Shown here piece by piece: positions 7,476 through 17,204 of a stretch of 28,958 nucleotides of DNA (its first letter is position 1; every line of letters starts with the position of its first letter). Made by a program: the position numbers and the translations under genes. The notes below the pieces were generated by a model. That model was not told the DNA's origin. It ran no database searches and saw nothing but the letters and a program-made list of their open reading frames with translations. The DNA comes from Bdellovibrionota bacterium (lineage in GTDB: Bacteria > Bdellovibrionota_C > UBA2361): the NCBI GenBank assembly GCA_044352465.1, contig JBILDU010000033.1:1-28958 (forward strand), written 5' to 3'.

Positions 7476-8069
7476 CCCGCACAGCTTTCTAAGAGCGCGC
7501 AGCAGAAGAAACCCGTAGCAAGAGCAGAGGCGGCCTCTTAGGTCGGCGAGGACTTGCGCCAGGTTTAACGCCGCTGATGAATTGAGATCCGCCGTCGCTC
7601 GAGGGGATATTTTGTTATGGGCTCTCAGTTAAAGTAACCCCGCAAGATTCAGATCTGCCATCGCCGCAGCGACCTCAGAAATTTTGAGGCCCTCTCCAAA
7701 ACCGCCTCCGCGGAGTCACGGGACATTTTCAGTGTGGCTCTCATCATAAAATTTTAATGGCGGAGATGAAGATGGATCTGAGGCACCGCCGCACGCACGA
7801 GGACTCAAGCAAAATCCCCCCGCGGACAAGATCGCCTCTGGACGGCGCGCCACCTTTTGGATAGTTTTTTGTTCCACTCCGAGAGTGACCCGGTGAGGGG
7901 CTTGTGTGTCGGCCCCCTCAACGGAAGATTCGTAGTCCGCACAAAAACAGTTCAAACGAAATAACCGATTCGGTACTGAGACCATATGGGAGCAGAAGCC
8001 TCCACGAGTGATTTGTCCCCTCAAGGACCAGACGGCGCAGCAAGCCTCCGTACTAAAAACGGAGCTACG

Positions 8070-9395
8070 ATGCACGTTTCACATCACCCACTCCGCCTGG
8101 AGCAAACAACTCACCTCTCATCTGCAGAGAGCCAGGATGCTACCGTTGCCCCACCCACCCAACCGCTCCTCCAAGAATCGAACGAACAGAACAGCGCCGA
8201 GTTTAACCGCGCGATCGTCGACTCGATCGCCGAACTCATCCGCGCAGGCTTCCCGGTTTATCTTGAGGGCCTCGGCATCCTCACCTCAACGATCGAAACG
8301 CAGACACGCAGCTATGTCGTCGGAAGCGAGCTGCGCTCCCGCACCGAAGAGAGCGTCGTGCTCGGCTTTGAGAAGAGTCGTGAGATTACGGCCTACCACC
8401 GCGAGCGCTTCCCGCGCCTCATCGACACCAAAGATCTAACCCCCGCTGTACACGCGGCGCTCCCACCAGAGATCGGAGTGCGCCTTTCGGTCCGCGAGGT
8501 TCGTCGCCGGATTACGAGCCTGGCTCGCGCCATCCGGGAGAGCCTCACACAGCGGGGATTCTCCGACGCTCTTGCCCCCCTCGGGGAGCTCTACGCACTT
8601 CACAATCGCCAAGGCGAGAGCGCGAATGATCGGTTTGCCGGTGCCGACATATTCATCAACTCGCGTTTCTCGCCGCGCCTTAAAGTCGGTGAGGCACACC
8701 GACTTGAACGCCCTATCCTCGAAAACGGGTGGGAGTTGTGCGCGGCGGCGTACGGGACTCCGCTCGAGAAGCTCGAGCTCAACTTAGCTCGCGAGCTCAA
8801 ATCGCTTGGCTACACCCTCTCCGCAGCCGACGAAGCGAAATTCCTCACCACCCGAACGATCCCCGTGGCTGTGTTCCAAACCGGTGTGGTGGATGGACGA
8901 CCGAACCTTTTGTATGTAACGGAGGGGGTTCGTAGACTCGCGCCCAGCGAGGGGCGCCCGTCAGGCAACGAGCTCACCTTCCAACTCAGCGTCGCCTACC
9001 CTGAGGAACGTGGTGGGAAGCTCGCGATTCCAGAGTGGCCAACTCGGGCGCTCACACTCGGCTGGCTCCTCGTCCTGAGCTCGCGCTCGCGTACGATTAA
9101 GGCTGGAACGGGCTTCGCTGCCGAGGTACCCCTGATACCGGACTGCGACACCGAACTCTCAGCGATTTTTTCGACCCCCTACCGTCCAATTCGATCTCCT
9201 CAACTCGATCGGGAGGGCGAATTCACCTTTGTGAACCTCGTTGGGATTACCGCGGCTGAGGCCGATTTGACCCACCGCGCCGGTGGCGAACACCTCCTAA
9301 CCCTTCTCAACCACCGTGGTCTCGACCAAGTCACAAAACCGACCCGGTCGTCGATTACCGCCCGCAGCGTCGTCGAGCCGACCCGAAATACATAA
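8070..9395 (+). CDS. Protein with two N-terminal HU/IHF-like repeats and a C-terminal suppressor-of-fused (SUFU)-like domain
   Basis: GGAG RBS before ATG 8070 (ORF is open from 7986). AIVDSIAELIRAGFPVYLEGLGIL and KDL..AV...LSVREVRR.I...IRESL...LAPLGEL resemble HU. LYVTEG...ELTF...PEWP...FVNLVGITAAE...VTKPTRSS resembles SUFU. Confidence 0.7.
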   Translation: MHVSHHPLRLEQTTHLSSAESQDATVAPPTQPLLQESNEQNSAEFNRAIVDSIAELIRAGFPVYLEGLGILTSTIETQTRSYVVGSELRSRTEESVVLGFEKSREITAYHRERFPRLIDTKDLTPAVHAALPPEIGVRLSVREVRRRITSLARAIRESLTQRGFSDALAPLGELYALHNRQGESANDRFAGADIFINSRFSPRLKVGEAHRLERPILENGWELCAAAYGTPLEKLELNLARELKSLGYTLSAADEAKFLTTRTIPVAVFQTGVVDGRPNLLYVTEGVRRLAPSEGRPSGNELTFQLSVAYPEERGGKLAIPEWPTRALTLGWLLVLSSRSRTIKAGTGFAAEVPLIPDCDTELSAIFSTPYRPIRSPQLDREGEFTFVNLVGITAAEADLTHRAGGEHLLTLLNHRGLDQVTKPTRSSITARSVVEPTRNT

Positions 9396-9753
9396 CGGGA
9401 CCAGATGCTTAGCTTAGCTCGCCCCCCACGCGCCCCCGCCCAAAGAGGCGTGCCGCTCTCAATGGTACGAGCACTCTAACCCCCTTTAGATTTTCCAAAT
9501 TTCTGCCGACCTCTCTCTCAGGTTGTAAAGGATCGTTGGTGCGATTTTTTGGGGAAACGAGCCGTTTGACGACAGAGAAGGAATCGCCATAGGTGCGGGC
9601 GAAGTTCGGCCCTGAGCGGGATGGCGAGGCGGGCTCCCAACGAAGGAGCCCCGCGAGATCGGTTGTGACGGCGGGCGGTTGTTGGACTAGCGAAGTTTGA
9701 CGTTTCGCTGACACCACCGCGAACCACCCAACCATATTGAGAGATCTAGAGCG

Positions 9754-10500
9754 ATGAACTCAGGTAATAACAACTTCGAGAAATACGACGCGCTCATCTG
9801 CGACCCGGATATGAACACCCGGGTACGCCTCAAAACTGCGGCGACCGCGGTGCCACGCTTCGGGCGCATCGGCCAGTGCGGGGCGCTTCGTGAGGCCGTC
9901 GACGTCATGTCAGGGGACGTGTCGTTCAACGTGGTCTTCATCTCAAACCGGATCCCCCAAGAGGCGATCACCGGTTTTATTAAGAAAGGCCGCGAGACCC
10001 CCCAAGGCCAAGATGCCGCCTACATCATCGTACTCTCCGGCAGCGCCCAAGATAGCTCAACGGTCGCGGCGAACGTGATGGTTGGTGCTGACGGCTTTCT
10101 GTTTGAACCCTACTCAGTGGAATCGCTGACCGAGATCACCGGGCTCGCGGCCCGGGTCAAAGGCGAACGGTCGCGGACTCGCGAGGCGGCCGCGCTGAGT
10201 CTCGTCATCAGCGACGTCATGGGTCAGCTCGATCTTATTGCTCAGCTCAAATCGAGCGGGCTCGACCTCGGGCCGAACCTGAAGAAATTGCGCGACATGT
10301 GCGGTATCTTTAAAACGCTCAACAAAGAGTCGTTCGATAGCTACACCTCGATTGCGATTGAAAAGTTCGAAAATGCTCCGGTCCCGGTGCAGGGGAAAAA
10401 GAAGTACGGGGGCGTCAGCGACCGGGTCAAGAAACGCATGGAAGAAAAGCATAAGGTCGAGCTGGCCAAGAAAGCGGGCTTGATCGAGCCAGCTCCATAA
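9754..10500 (+). CDS. Atypical (pseudo-)receiver domain protein with a helical, basic C-terminus
   Basis: ALICDPD, FNVVFISNRIP, YIIVLSG, GADGFLFEPYS follow the CheY-fold pattern, but the phospho-Asp position is Ser and the conserved Lys position is Glu. Confidence 0.7.
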   Translation: MNSGNNNFEKYDALICDPDMNTRVRLKTAATAVPRFGRIGQCGALREAVDVMSGDVSFNVVFISNRIPQEAITGFIKKGRETPQGQDAAYIIVLSGSAQDSSTVAANVMVGADGFLFEPYSVESLTEITGLAARVKGERSRTREAAALSLVISDVMGQLDLIAQLKSSGLDLGPNLKKLRDMCGIFKTLNKESFDSYTSIAIEKFENAPVPVQGKKKYGGVSDRVKKRMEEKHKVELAKKAGLIEPAP

Positions 10501-10600
10501 CCGGAGCAGCCTACCCGCCGCAGCACGCCACGCGCATTTACTCGCGCTTGTCACTCTTCCTCCCCTTGCCATCGGCCCATGCCCCAATTACCGTAGCGCT

Positions 10601-11452
10601 ATGACGACCTCCCCAGATCCGCAACAGTGGTGGAATATACTTGTTGAAACCGATCATCCGGAAGACACCGCCGCGCTGCTCATCGCGGCTGGTGCGAGCG
10701 GAGCCGAGGAGGTCACCCCCCGCACCACGCGGGTCTGCGTGCTCGGAGATGCCACGACTCTCGAACGGTTTAAAGAAGCGGTGCCTGACTGTGGCGGCCG
10801 AATCCTTTCGATTGAACCGGTTGAATGGCGTAATTGGGTGCAAGAGGCAGAGGCCCACTGGACACCGCTTCAGATCGGACAACTCCATATTATCCCCGTC
10901 CTCGACTCGGGGGAGCGAGCCAGGCCCGGCACCCCACATCCGCTCTACATCAATCCGGGGACCGGATTCGGCACCGGGCACCACCCAACTACCCACATGG
11001 TGCTCGAGCTACTCCAGTCGAGCCCAGTTCAGCGCCTCGCCGCACACTCTCCGGCGCTCGACCTCGGGACCGGAAGTGGGATCCTCGCTCTTGCCGCAAG
11101 CGAACTCTACGGCAGTGCGGTTGACGCCATTGAGATCGACCCACTGGCGCTCGAGAACGCCGCGAAAAACGTCGCCCTCAACCCGATTGCAGGAAGGGGG
11201 GTTAAGCTCATCGAAGGCGATCTCGCCGCGGCCGGCGGCCCCTACCCCCTCATCATGGCTAACATCTACGCTGAGGTTCTATGCGAGCTCGAACCCGGAT
11301 TCGCCCACCTCGCCACACCCGAAACGAAATTAGTTGTATCGGGCATCATGTCACACCTTAAAGAATCGGTACTCACAGCGTATCGCTCGTGGCATACACT
11401 CTCTATCCGGGAGGAGCGTGGCTGGATAGCGATCCTCTTTTCCCGCGGGTGA
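10601..11452 (+). CDS. prmA: Ribosomal protein L11 methyltransferase
   Basis: INPGTGFGTGHHPTT, LDLGTGSGILA, IEIDPLA, MANI, SGI motifs. Confidence 0.93.
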   Translation: MTTSPDPQQWWNILVETDHPEDTAALLIAAGASGAEEVTPRTTRVCVLGDATTLERFKEAVPDCGGRILSIEPVEWRNWVQEAEAHWTPLQIGQLHIIPVLDSGERARPGTPHPLYINPGTGFGTGHHPTTHMVLELLQSSPVQRLAAHSPALDLGTGSGILALAASELYGSAVDAIEIDPLALENAAKNVALNPIAGRGVKLIEGDLAAAGGPYPLIMANIYAEVLCELEPGFAHLATPETKLVVSGIMSHLKESVLTAYRSWHTLSIREERGWIAILFSRG

Positions 11453-11697
11453 ACAGCTCTGTCTTAGATAACCAGGCCAGTTCGCCGCAGCACTGCTACC
11501 TTGTTTCGCTGCAAGCGATTTTCGTATCGCCCCTTTTCAACGACTGTCGTCCCCACTGAAGGGTGTTGTTTTTTCGCCCTTCGAGCGCGATGATACTGTA
11601 GGAGGGTGAAAGATTGCCCGGCCAGCGTTTCCCTTCAAAAGGGAACGACACGCGCGGCGACTCCCCCCACTCTTTAGCGAAGAAAGGAGCGGTCCGA

Positions 11698-12726
11698 ATG
11701 AAGGCGATATTTTTCGAGCAACACGGTGGCATCGAAGTCCTCAAGTACGCCGATCTCCCTGACCCGACCCCGGCACCCGGCGAAGCGCTCATCAAAGTCA
11801 CCGCGGTCGCGCTTAACCACCTCGACATCTGGGTGCGCCGAGGTTGGCAGGGACTCCGTCTCGATATGCCCCATATCGGGGGGAGCGACATCGCGGGCGA
11901 GATCGTCTCGGTGAATGCGGAGTCGAGCTGGACACCTGGCACCAAGGTTATCGTCAACCCAGGGGTCTCCACCGGAGAGGATGAATGGACCCGCCGGGGC
12001 GAAGAGAGCGTGAGCCCTGGTTATCGTATCGTCGGCGAGCAGTTCAAAGGGGGGTTCGCCGAGTACGTCAGCGTACCGGTCGGTAGCGTTTTTAAGCAAC
12101 CCGAGGGGCTCTCCCCTGAAGAGGCGTGCGCGCCGCTGCTTATCGGTACCACATGCTGGCGGATGCTCTTTCGCCGCGCCGATCTGCGCCCCAACGAAAC
12201 GGTACTCGTGGTGGGCTCGGGCGGAGGAGTTAATTCCCTCGCGATATCACTGGCGACGGCAGCTGGCGCGACTGTCTACGCCCTCGCCGGTTCAGCCCAA
12301 AAAGCCGCCAAGGCCCGCGATCTCGGCGCGGTGCAAGTGATCAATTACAACGAAGTTCCGAATTGGCCTCTTGAGATCGTCAAGCTGACCAAGGGCCGTG
12401 GGGTCGATGTCGTCATCGACAATGTGGGCGCAAAAACGATCGCGGGAAGCCTCCGCGCGGTCGCCCGGGGTGGCCGGATCGTTACCGTGGGCAATACCTC
12501 TGGCCACCTCGTACAGTTCGATAATCGCTTGATGTTCACAAAGCAGATCTCGATCATCGGCTCGACGATGGGGAGCAAACAAGACTTCATCGATGCCCAA
12601 CAGTTTATGCTAAAACACAACATCCGCGCGGTCATCGATCGGGTAGAGCCGCTCGCCGAGGGAATTAGAATGCTCGCCTATCTTGAAGAAGGACAGCAGT
12701 TCGGCAAGATCGTCCTAAAACCGTGA
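11698..12726 (+). CDS. MDR-superfamily NAD(P)H oxidoreductase (zinc-binding dehydrogenase/quinone-reductase-like)
   Basis: AGGAG RBS and ATG at 11698; MKAI...HGG.EVL, ALNHLDIWVRRG, GSDIAG, GSGGGV, GVDVVID.VG, GSTMG, QFGKIVL. Confidence 0.92.
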   Translation: MKAIFFEQHGGIEVLKYADLPDPTPAPGEALIKVTAVALNHLDIWVRRGWQGLRLDMPHIGGSDIAGEIVSVNAESSWTPGTKVIVNPGVSTGEDEWTRRGEESVSPGYRIVGEQFKGGFAEYVSVPVGSVFKQPEGLSPEEACAPLLIGTTCWRMLFRRADLRPNETVLVVGSGGGVNSLAISLATAAGATVYALAGSAQKAAKARDLGAVQVINYNEVPNWPLEIVKLTKGRGVDVVIDNVGAKTIAGSLRAVARGGRIVTVGNTSGHLVQFDNRLMFTKQISIIGSTMGSKQDFIDAQQFMLKHNIRAVIDRVEPLAEGIRMLAYLEEGQQFGKIVLKP

Positions 12727-12762
12727 CGGCTCGATCGGCGAGCTTTCCGCGACGTTGCTGAC

Positions 12763-13143
12763 TTAATATACGTCTAGATTTAGTCGCACGCCTCGCATAC
12801 CGGCTCGTCTGACGACGACCTCCCGACTGATCCCGAGCGCAGGAACGACCAATGTATAGCGGCCGCGACGCAGTCGAAAGAAGAAGTTGCCGTTCGGCGT
12901 AACCTCCGCTACCGCGAGAACCTGGCCCCGCCGATTCGAGGCGACAACCTCCACATCCCCGACCGGCCGAATGCGGGGATACGAACCACACCGAGGGGTT
13001 TCGCATCCCTGCGGCATAAAATCTCGAATCAACACCCGCCCCTCAACCGCCACCACGGGGGCGGCATAAACAGGAGCGGCAGCAAGTATCGCTGCAAAGA
13101 TCAGAGCGCTAAAGGATCCATCGAATTTTAAATAATGTCGCAT
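12763..13143 (-). CDS. Small secreted hypothetical protein (carboxypeptidase-regulatory-like beta sandwich)
   Basis: Signal peptide ending PVYA-A; V.GRV...G.F.F.L..GRYTL pattern; one Cys pair; GAGG RBS before ATG 13143. Confidence 0.65.
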   Translation of the reverse strand: MRHYLKFDGSFSALIFAAILAAAPVYAAPVVAVEGRVLIRDFMPQGCETPRCGSYPRIRPVGDVEVVASNRRGQVLAVAEVTPNGNFFFRLRRGRYTLVVPALGISREVVVRRAGMRGVRLNLDVY

Positions 13144-13239
13144 AGAGATATACCTCACTAAAAAAGTCCCGAAAAAATCCGAAAACCAACCTCGAGGTGA
13201 AACAAAATCCCGTCGCGGGCGATCGCCTCGCACCGATCC

Positions 13240-13623
13240 CTACACCACTCGCACGATGTCGAAGCTAGGACTCCCAAACCTCGTGACATCGATCCGACGA
13301 CTCACCTCCAGATCGACTGCCGTCACGACAGACACTCCTGGCTTTAAAGTCGCCCGAAAAATCCCGCGATCATCGGCACACACACAGGCGATTTTTTTTC
13401 CTCCCGCTGTCCTGATGACGATCCGACTGCCCACGGCTGGGCGTGCCGCGCCAAGCTCACACCGAGAGGGGTATGCACCGGAGTACACCATATCGGTCTG
13501 AAAAACTCGGCCACGGATAAGTACCGCGGTCGCCATAAAACTAAACGAACGGGCACTTGAAAGACGTCGCTGAAGTGGCCACATCTCTCGAGCGTCACGC
13601 CCACGCTGTAAAAAAAACGCCAT
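13240..13623 (-). CDS. Small hypothetical protein, paralog of the adjacent beta-sandwich protein, with no clear signal peptide
   Basis: GGAGG RBS; IRGRVF..D...G...RC.....P...G.F...L..G...L.VSR.I.V.R aligns by eye with 12763-13143. Confidence 0.55.
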   Translation of the reverse strand: MAFFLQRGRDAREMWPLQRRLSSARSFSFMATAVLIRGRVFQTDMVYSGAYPSRCELGAARPAVGSRIVIRTAGGKKIACVCADDRGIFRATLKPGVSVVTAVDLEVSRRIDVTRFGSPSFDIVRVV

Positions 13624-13827
13624 CGCTAACCTCCACTAACCCCCCCCTTTTTTAATCTTAGCAGTTTTGTGCTTTTTACCCAAATATATTTTCGCAGAGA
13701 GTAGGGCGTTCTTATCTACCAACAAGATCAATACTATCAACATATTAGCGAGGCACACCATGAGTCGCTATTGGGCTCTCTACACGATATGCAAACGATT
13801 CGAGCACGCCCGGAGCGATCGGGGGCT

Positions 13828-15516
13828 CTACTGACCGCCGCAGGAAGAGAGAGATGAGGAGGACAGCGCGCCCCGCTTCAGCAGATCCCTCGTTGCCGCG
13901 ATCTTGGCGCGATAGAGGCCTGCCTCAGTGTCGAAATCACGACCGGGGATGCGTGTTTTCATGAGCGCAACGATCTCATCCAGCGCCGCAAGGCCGTGCC
14001 CCGGAAGGAGTTCAAATCCTAAACGACGCCACATAAGGTCCTCGAGAGTCTCAACCTGCTCCGACTCAAGATACAGTTCGATCTCACCCCGCAGAACGAT
14101 TCCCCCGAAAATCTCAAACCACCGTTCGAAGCGTGGAAGAAACCTCACCCGAGTTCCGAGCCGACGTACAACACCGGCTACGATCTCCTCAGGGATCGGT
14201 TGCCCCTCAAAAACAGCTTTCGCTTCATCAAGCGAGGCTCCGCTCGCGCCGGGAAGACGTCTCCCTTTAAGCGAACTTACCGTCACCTGAGCACCAGCCA
14301 GCCGCACCGCCGTTCGGAGCCCCTCTTCAGCGGTCGAGAGCGCGGTGGTATACTTTCCTCCAAAGAGACTTAACATCCCGTTGGCATAGCTCCAGATGTG
14401 CCGCCGCGAGAGCTTACTCGTATTTTCAGCCCCAGAGCGGAGAGGCAAGGTTCGCACCCCCGCAAAGGCATAATAGGCGTGGGCGCGATCGAGTCCCGCA
14501 TCGGGAAGATCCCGCTCGAGCCGCGCAAATATCTCATCGAGCTCCGCAATAGTCGGCTGCGGAGCGCGCTCCGGCGCCCCACACTCCTGCTCAGTGGTGC
14601 CAACCATCGCCCCACCCGGATGGGGCCAGACAAAGTAATACCGTCCCCGCCCCGCCAGGGGCAAAAAGAGCGCTGGATGAGGCCACGGTGTCTCAAACAA
14701 GACGTGGACTCCCCGACTAAACTTAAGCTGGGGCTGAGATTTTAAAGTCTCTACCTGCGGCTGCCCGATCTCACGAACCCACGGACCGGCACAGTTGACG
14801 ACGAATCCAGCTTTCACATCGAAAGAGGTCTGGCCGATAAGATCCTTGCAGAATACCCGCACCTCACCGCTCTCAAGCGAGCCAACTCGCTCCGCCGAGA
14901 CATAGTTAAGGCACTCTGCCCCTTCCTGTCGGGCACTTACGATGAGCTCCTGAACGATCCGCGCATCGTCCATTACCCCGTCCCGGTACTCAAATGCCCC
15001 GGCGAAATCGCCGCGGGCTCTCCATGGAGATTGGTGAAGCTCAGCAAAAGGCCGCCACCGATGTCCGGGAATATCGCGCGGCATAAAGCGATCGTAGAGC
15101 GTCAAGCCAAGGCGAAACTTTAACTGCTCGAACCAATTACCTCGCTTGACTGGAATGAGAAAGGGGCACGGCTGGGCGAGATGGGGGGCGATCTGAAAGA
15201 GATCCTCTCGCGCCTTGACTCCCTCGATCACCTGAGCGAAATCGAGAAGCTCAAGATACCGCAGACCACCGTGCACCATCTTAGAGCTCCGGCTCGAGGT
15301 CTCCCCAGCGTAGTCTCCGCGCTCAAACAAAACCGTTGAAAGTCCATTAAAAGCCGCCAGTCGGGCGAAGGCGGCCCCGTGGACCCCACCCCCAATGACA
15401 ACAACATCAAACGTCGATTTTTGTCGGATCCGCTCAAGGCTATCGCGACGAGTTGGGAACCCCTCTCCCGCAACGCTCTCACTGGTCGTCTTTTCATACA
15501 GATCGAGGTACGACAT
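13828..15516 (-). CDS. glpD: FAD-dependent glycerol-3-phosphate dehydrogenase/oxidase
   Basis: DVVVIGGGVHG, TSSRSSKMVHGGLRYLE, DDAR, VVNCAGPW, VGTT, AGVRTL, GGKYTT. Confidence 0.92.
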   Translation of the reverse strand: MSYLDLYEKTTSESVAGEGFPTRRDSLERIRQKSTFDVVVIGGGVHGAAFARLAAFNGLSTVLFERGDYAGETSSRSSKMVHGGLRYLELLDFAQVIEGVKAREDLFQIAPHLAQPCPFLIPVKRGNWFEQLKFRLGLTLYDRFMPRDIPGHRWRPFAELHQSPWRARGDFAGAFEYRDGVMDDARIVQELIVSARQEGAECLNYVSAERVGSLESGEVRVFCKDLIGQTSFDVKAGFVVNCAGPWVREIGQPQVETLKSQPQLKFSRGVHVLFETPWPHPALFLPLAGRGRYYFVWPHPGGAMVGTTEQECGAPERAPQPTIAELDEIFARLERDLPDAGLDRAHAYYAFAGVRTLPLRSGAENTSKLSRRHIWSYANGMLSLFGGKYTTALSTAEEGLRTAVRLAGAQVTVSSLKGRRLPGASGASLDEAKAVFEGQPIPEEIVAGVVRRLGTRVRFLPRFERWFEIFGGIVLRGEIELYLESEQVETLEDLMWRRLGFELLPGHGLAALDEIVALMKTRIPGRDFDTEAGLYRAKIAATRDLLKRGALSSSSLSSCGGQ

Positions 15517-15525
15517 CGAACCCCT

Positions 15526-15852
15526 TTACCGAAATATCCTCACTCGGCTGATCTGCTCACCCGAGTCGTTGAGTTTCACCTGCCACGTTCCAGGGGGGAC
15601 CGTGGAGAAGAGATAGCGGTTACCGACACCAGCCTCAGCTCGATCGTCAGCGAGCCCCGAGGTCTGCACGAGCACCGCGCCTCCGGGGGGACGACTCTCC
15701 GCCTTCGTCACCGTCACCTCCACACTCATGGCATCCGCAGTAGCCTGGACGGCCCGGGTCAATCCGGCTGGATCGAGCACCCGAATCTCTTGGGCGACAC
15801 CACGGCCGGGCAAGGCTAAGAAAAGAGCGGCGATATAGCTCAGATATTTCAT
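15526..15852 (-). CDS. Small exported hypothetical protein (beta-sandwich-like)
   Basis: AAGGA RBS; signal peptide MKYLSYIAALFLAL...VA-Q; YLFSTVPPGTWQV pattern; packed tightly between purD and glpD. Confidence 0.7.
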   Translation of the reverse strand: MKYLSYIAALFLALPGRGVAQEIRVLDPAGLTRAVQATADAMSVEVTVTKAESRPPGGAVLVQTSGLADDRAEAGVGNRYLFSTVPPGTWQVKLNDSGEQISRVRIFR

Positions 15853-15872
15853 GATGAATTTCCTTGCGAATT

Positions 15873-17138
15873 TTAGAGCGTGCCTCGGCCGATATCACGG
15901 CGCAATTGCCGCCCTGGAAATTGGATCATATCAGCCGCTTTGTAAGCCCGTTGACGCGCCTCTTCCATGCTCTCACCGAGCGCTGTCACGGCCAGAACCC
16001 GGCCCCCTTTGGTGACGAGCTTACCATCGCTCCGACGATCCGTCCCGGCATGAAACACCACGACCTCCGGGATCATTTCAGCAAATTCGATACCTTCGAT
16101 CACGGCACCGCTTCGAGGCTCCCCTGGGTATCCTTCAGCAGCCATGACGAGGGTCACCGAGCTTTGCGGCGACCACCCCACCTCAATCGGGGGCTCACCC
16201 CCCGCGGTGTCACTGAGCCCGTGCAGTAACGCAGCGAAATCTCCCTCGAAACGTCGCAAGACTCCCTGACACTCCGGATCGCCGAAGCGGGCATTAAACT
16301 CGAGGACCTTTACCCCTTTGACCGGGTCGATCATCAGCCCCGCATAAAGAAACCCCGTAAAGGGCGTTCCGCGGGCGCGCATCTCGCGAAGCATCGGAGC
16401 GATGACATGCTCCTCAGCCCACCGCGCCGCCTCGCCCGAGAGATGCGGCGTTGGACACACAGCGCCCATCCCCCCGGTGTTCGGCCCGGTATCACCGTCA
16501 CCGATCCGTTTATAGTCGTGGGCCGGTGCCATCGGAACGAATCGTTCGCCATCGGTTGCTACGATAAAGGACGCCTCCGGTCCGGACAGCATCTCCTCGG
16601 CAACGACGACCACTGCCTTCATCTCACCGAACAGGGCCTCAAGCGCCACCTCCGCCTCGGGCAAGGTGTGGCACACGAAGACTCCCTTGCCTGCGGCGAG
16701 CCCGTCTGACTTTAACACGATCGGTGCCCCGTTTCGGCGCAACCATTCACGTGCTTCAACGAGATCCTTCAAAAGCGTGTGCCGGGCAGTCGGTACACCC
16801 GCCGCCGCCATCACCTCTTTTGCAAAGGCTTTGGAACCCTCCAGGCGCGCAGCCTCCCGGGTCGGCCCGAACACGCGGAGCCCCGCTTCACGAAACCGGT
16901 CGACGAGTCCAAGGGTCAGTGGATACTCCGGCCCAACAACGGTAAGACCGATCCCTTCGCTCCGGGCGAAATCAAGGAGCTGATCTATCTCGTCCACGCC
17001 GATCGGTACCCGCTGCGCGAAGGGCTCTATTCCTGGATTACCGGGGGCCACAAAAAGTCGGCGCACCGACAGGGAACGACGGAGCCGCCAACACAGGGCG
17101 TGCTCACGACCACCCGAACCGATGACGAGGACATCCAT
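15873..17138 (-). CDS. purD: Phosphoribosylamine-glycine ligase
   Basis: MDVLVIGSGGREHAL start at 17138 with AGGAGG RBS; VVGPE, LEGSK, GLAAGKGV, GPNTGGMG, EFNARFGDPE. Confidence 0.97.
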   Translation of the reverse strand: MDVLVIGSGGREHALCWRLRRSLSVRRLFVAPGNPGIEPFAQRVPIGVDEIDQLLDFARSEGIGLTVVGPEYPLTLGLVDRFREAGLRVFGPTREAARLEGSKAFAKEVMAAAGVPTARHTLLKDLVEAREWLRRNGAPIVLKSDGLAAGKGVFVCHTLPEAEVALEALFGEMKAVVVVAEEMLSGPEASFIVATDGERFVPMAPAHDYKRIGDGDTGPNTGGMGAVCPTPHLSGEAARWAEEHVIAPMLREMRARGTPFTGFLYAGLMIDPVKGVKVLEFNARFGDPECQGVLRRFEGDFAALLHGLSDTAGGEPPIEVGWSPQSSVTLVMAAEGYPGEPRSGAVIEGIEFAEMIPEVVVFHAGTDRRSDGKLVTKGGRVLAVTALGESMEEARQRAYKAADMIQFPGRQLRRDIGRGTL

Positions 17139-17204
17139 ACCCCTACCTCCTTTGAGCGAGCCACCTTCACGAACCATTCACGCCCGCCGTCGCTTCCGCT
17201 ACCT

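Noticed and set aside
7544..7585. Fluoride (crcB) riboswitch-like string GGCGAGGAC..CGCC..AACGCCGCTGATGA
   Set aside because: The GATGG core is missing, the pseudoknot partner after TGATGA cannot pair, and no fluoride-related gene follows.
7885..7935. Glutamine (glnA) riboswitch-like hairpin followed by CGGAAG
   Set aside because: It lacks the flanking CGTT/GAACG P1 and the second arm; it is just a hairpin.
7940..7972. Sigma28-like site upstream of the HU-SUFU gene (ACCGATTC)
   Set aside because: The -35 match is too poor to call by eye.
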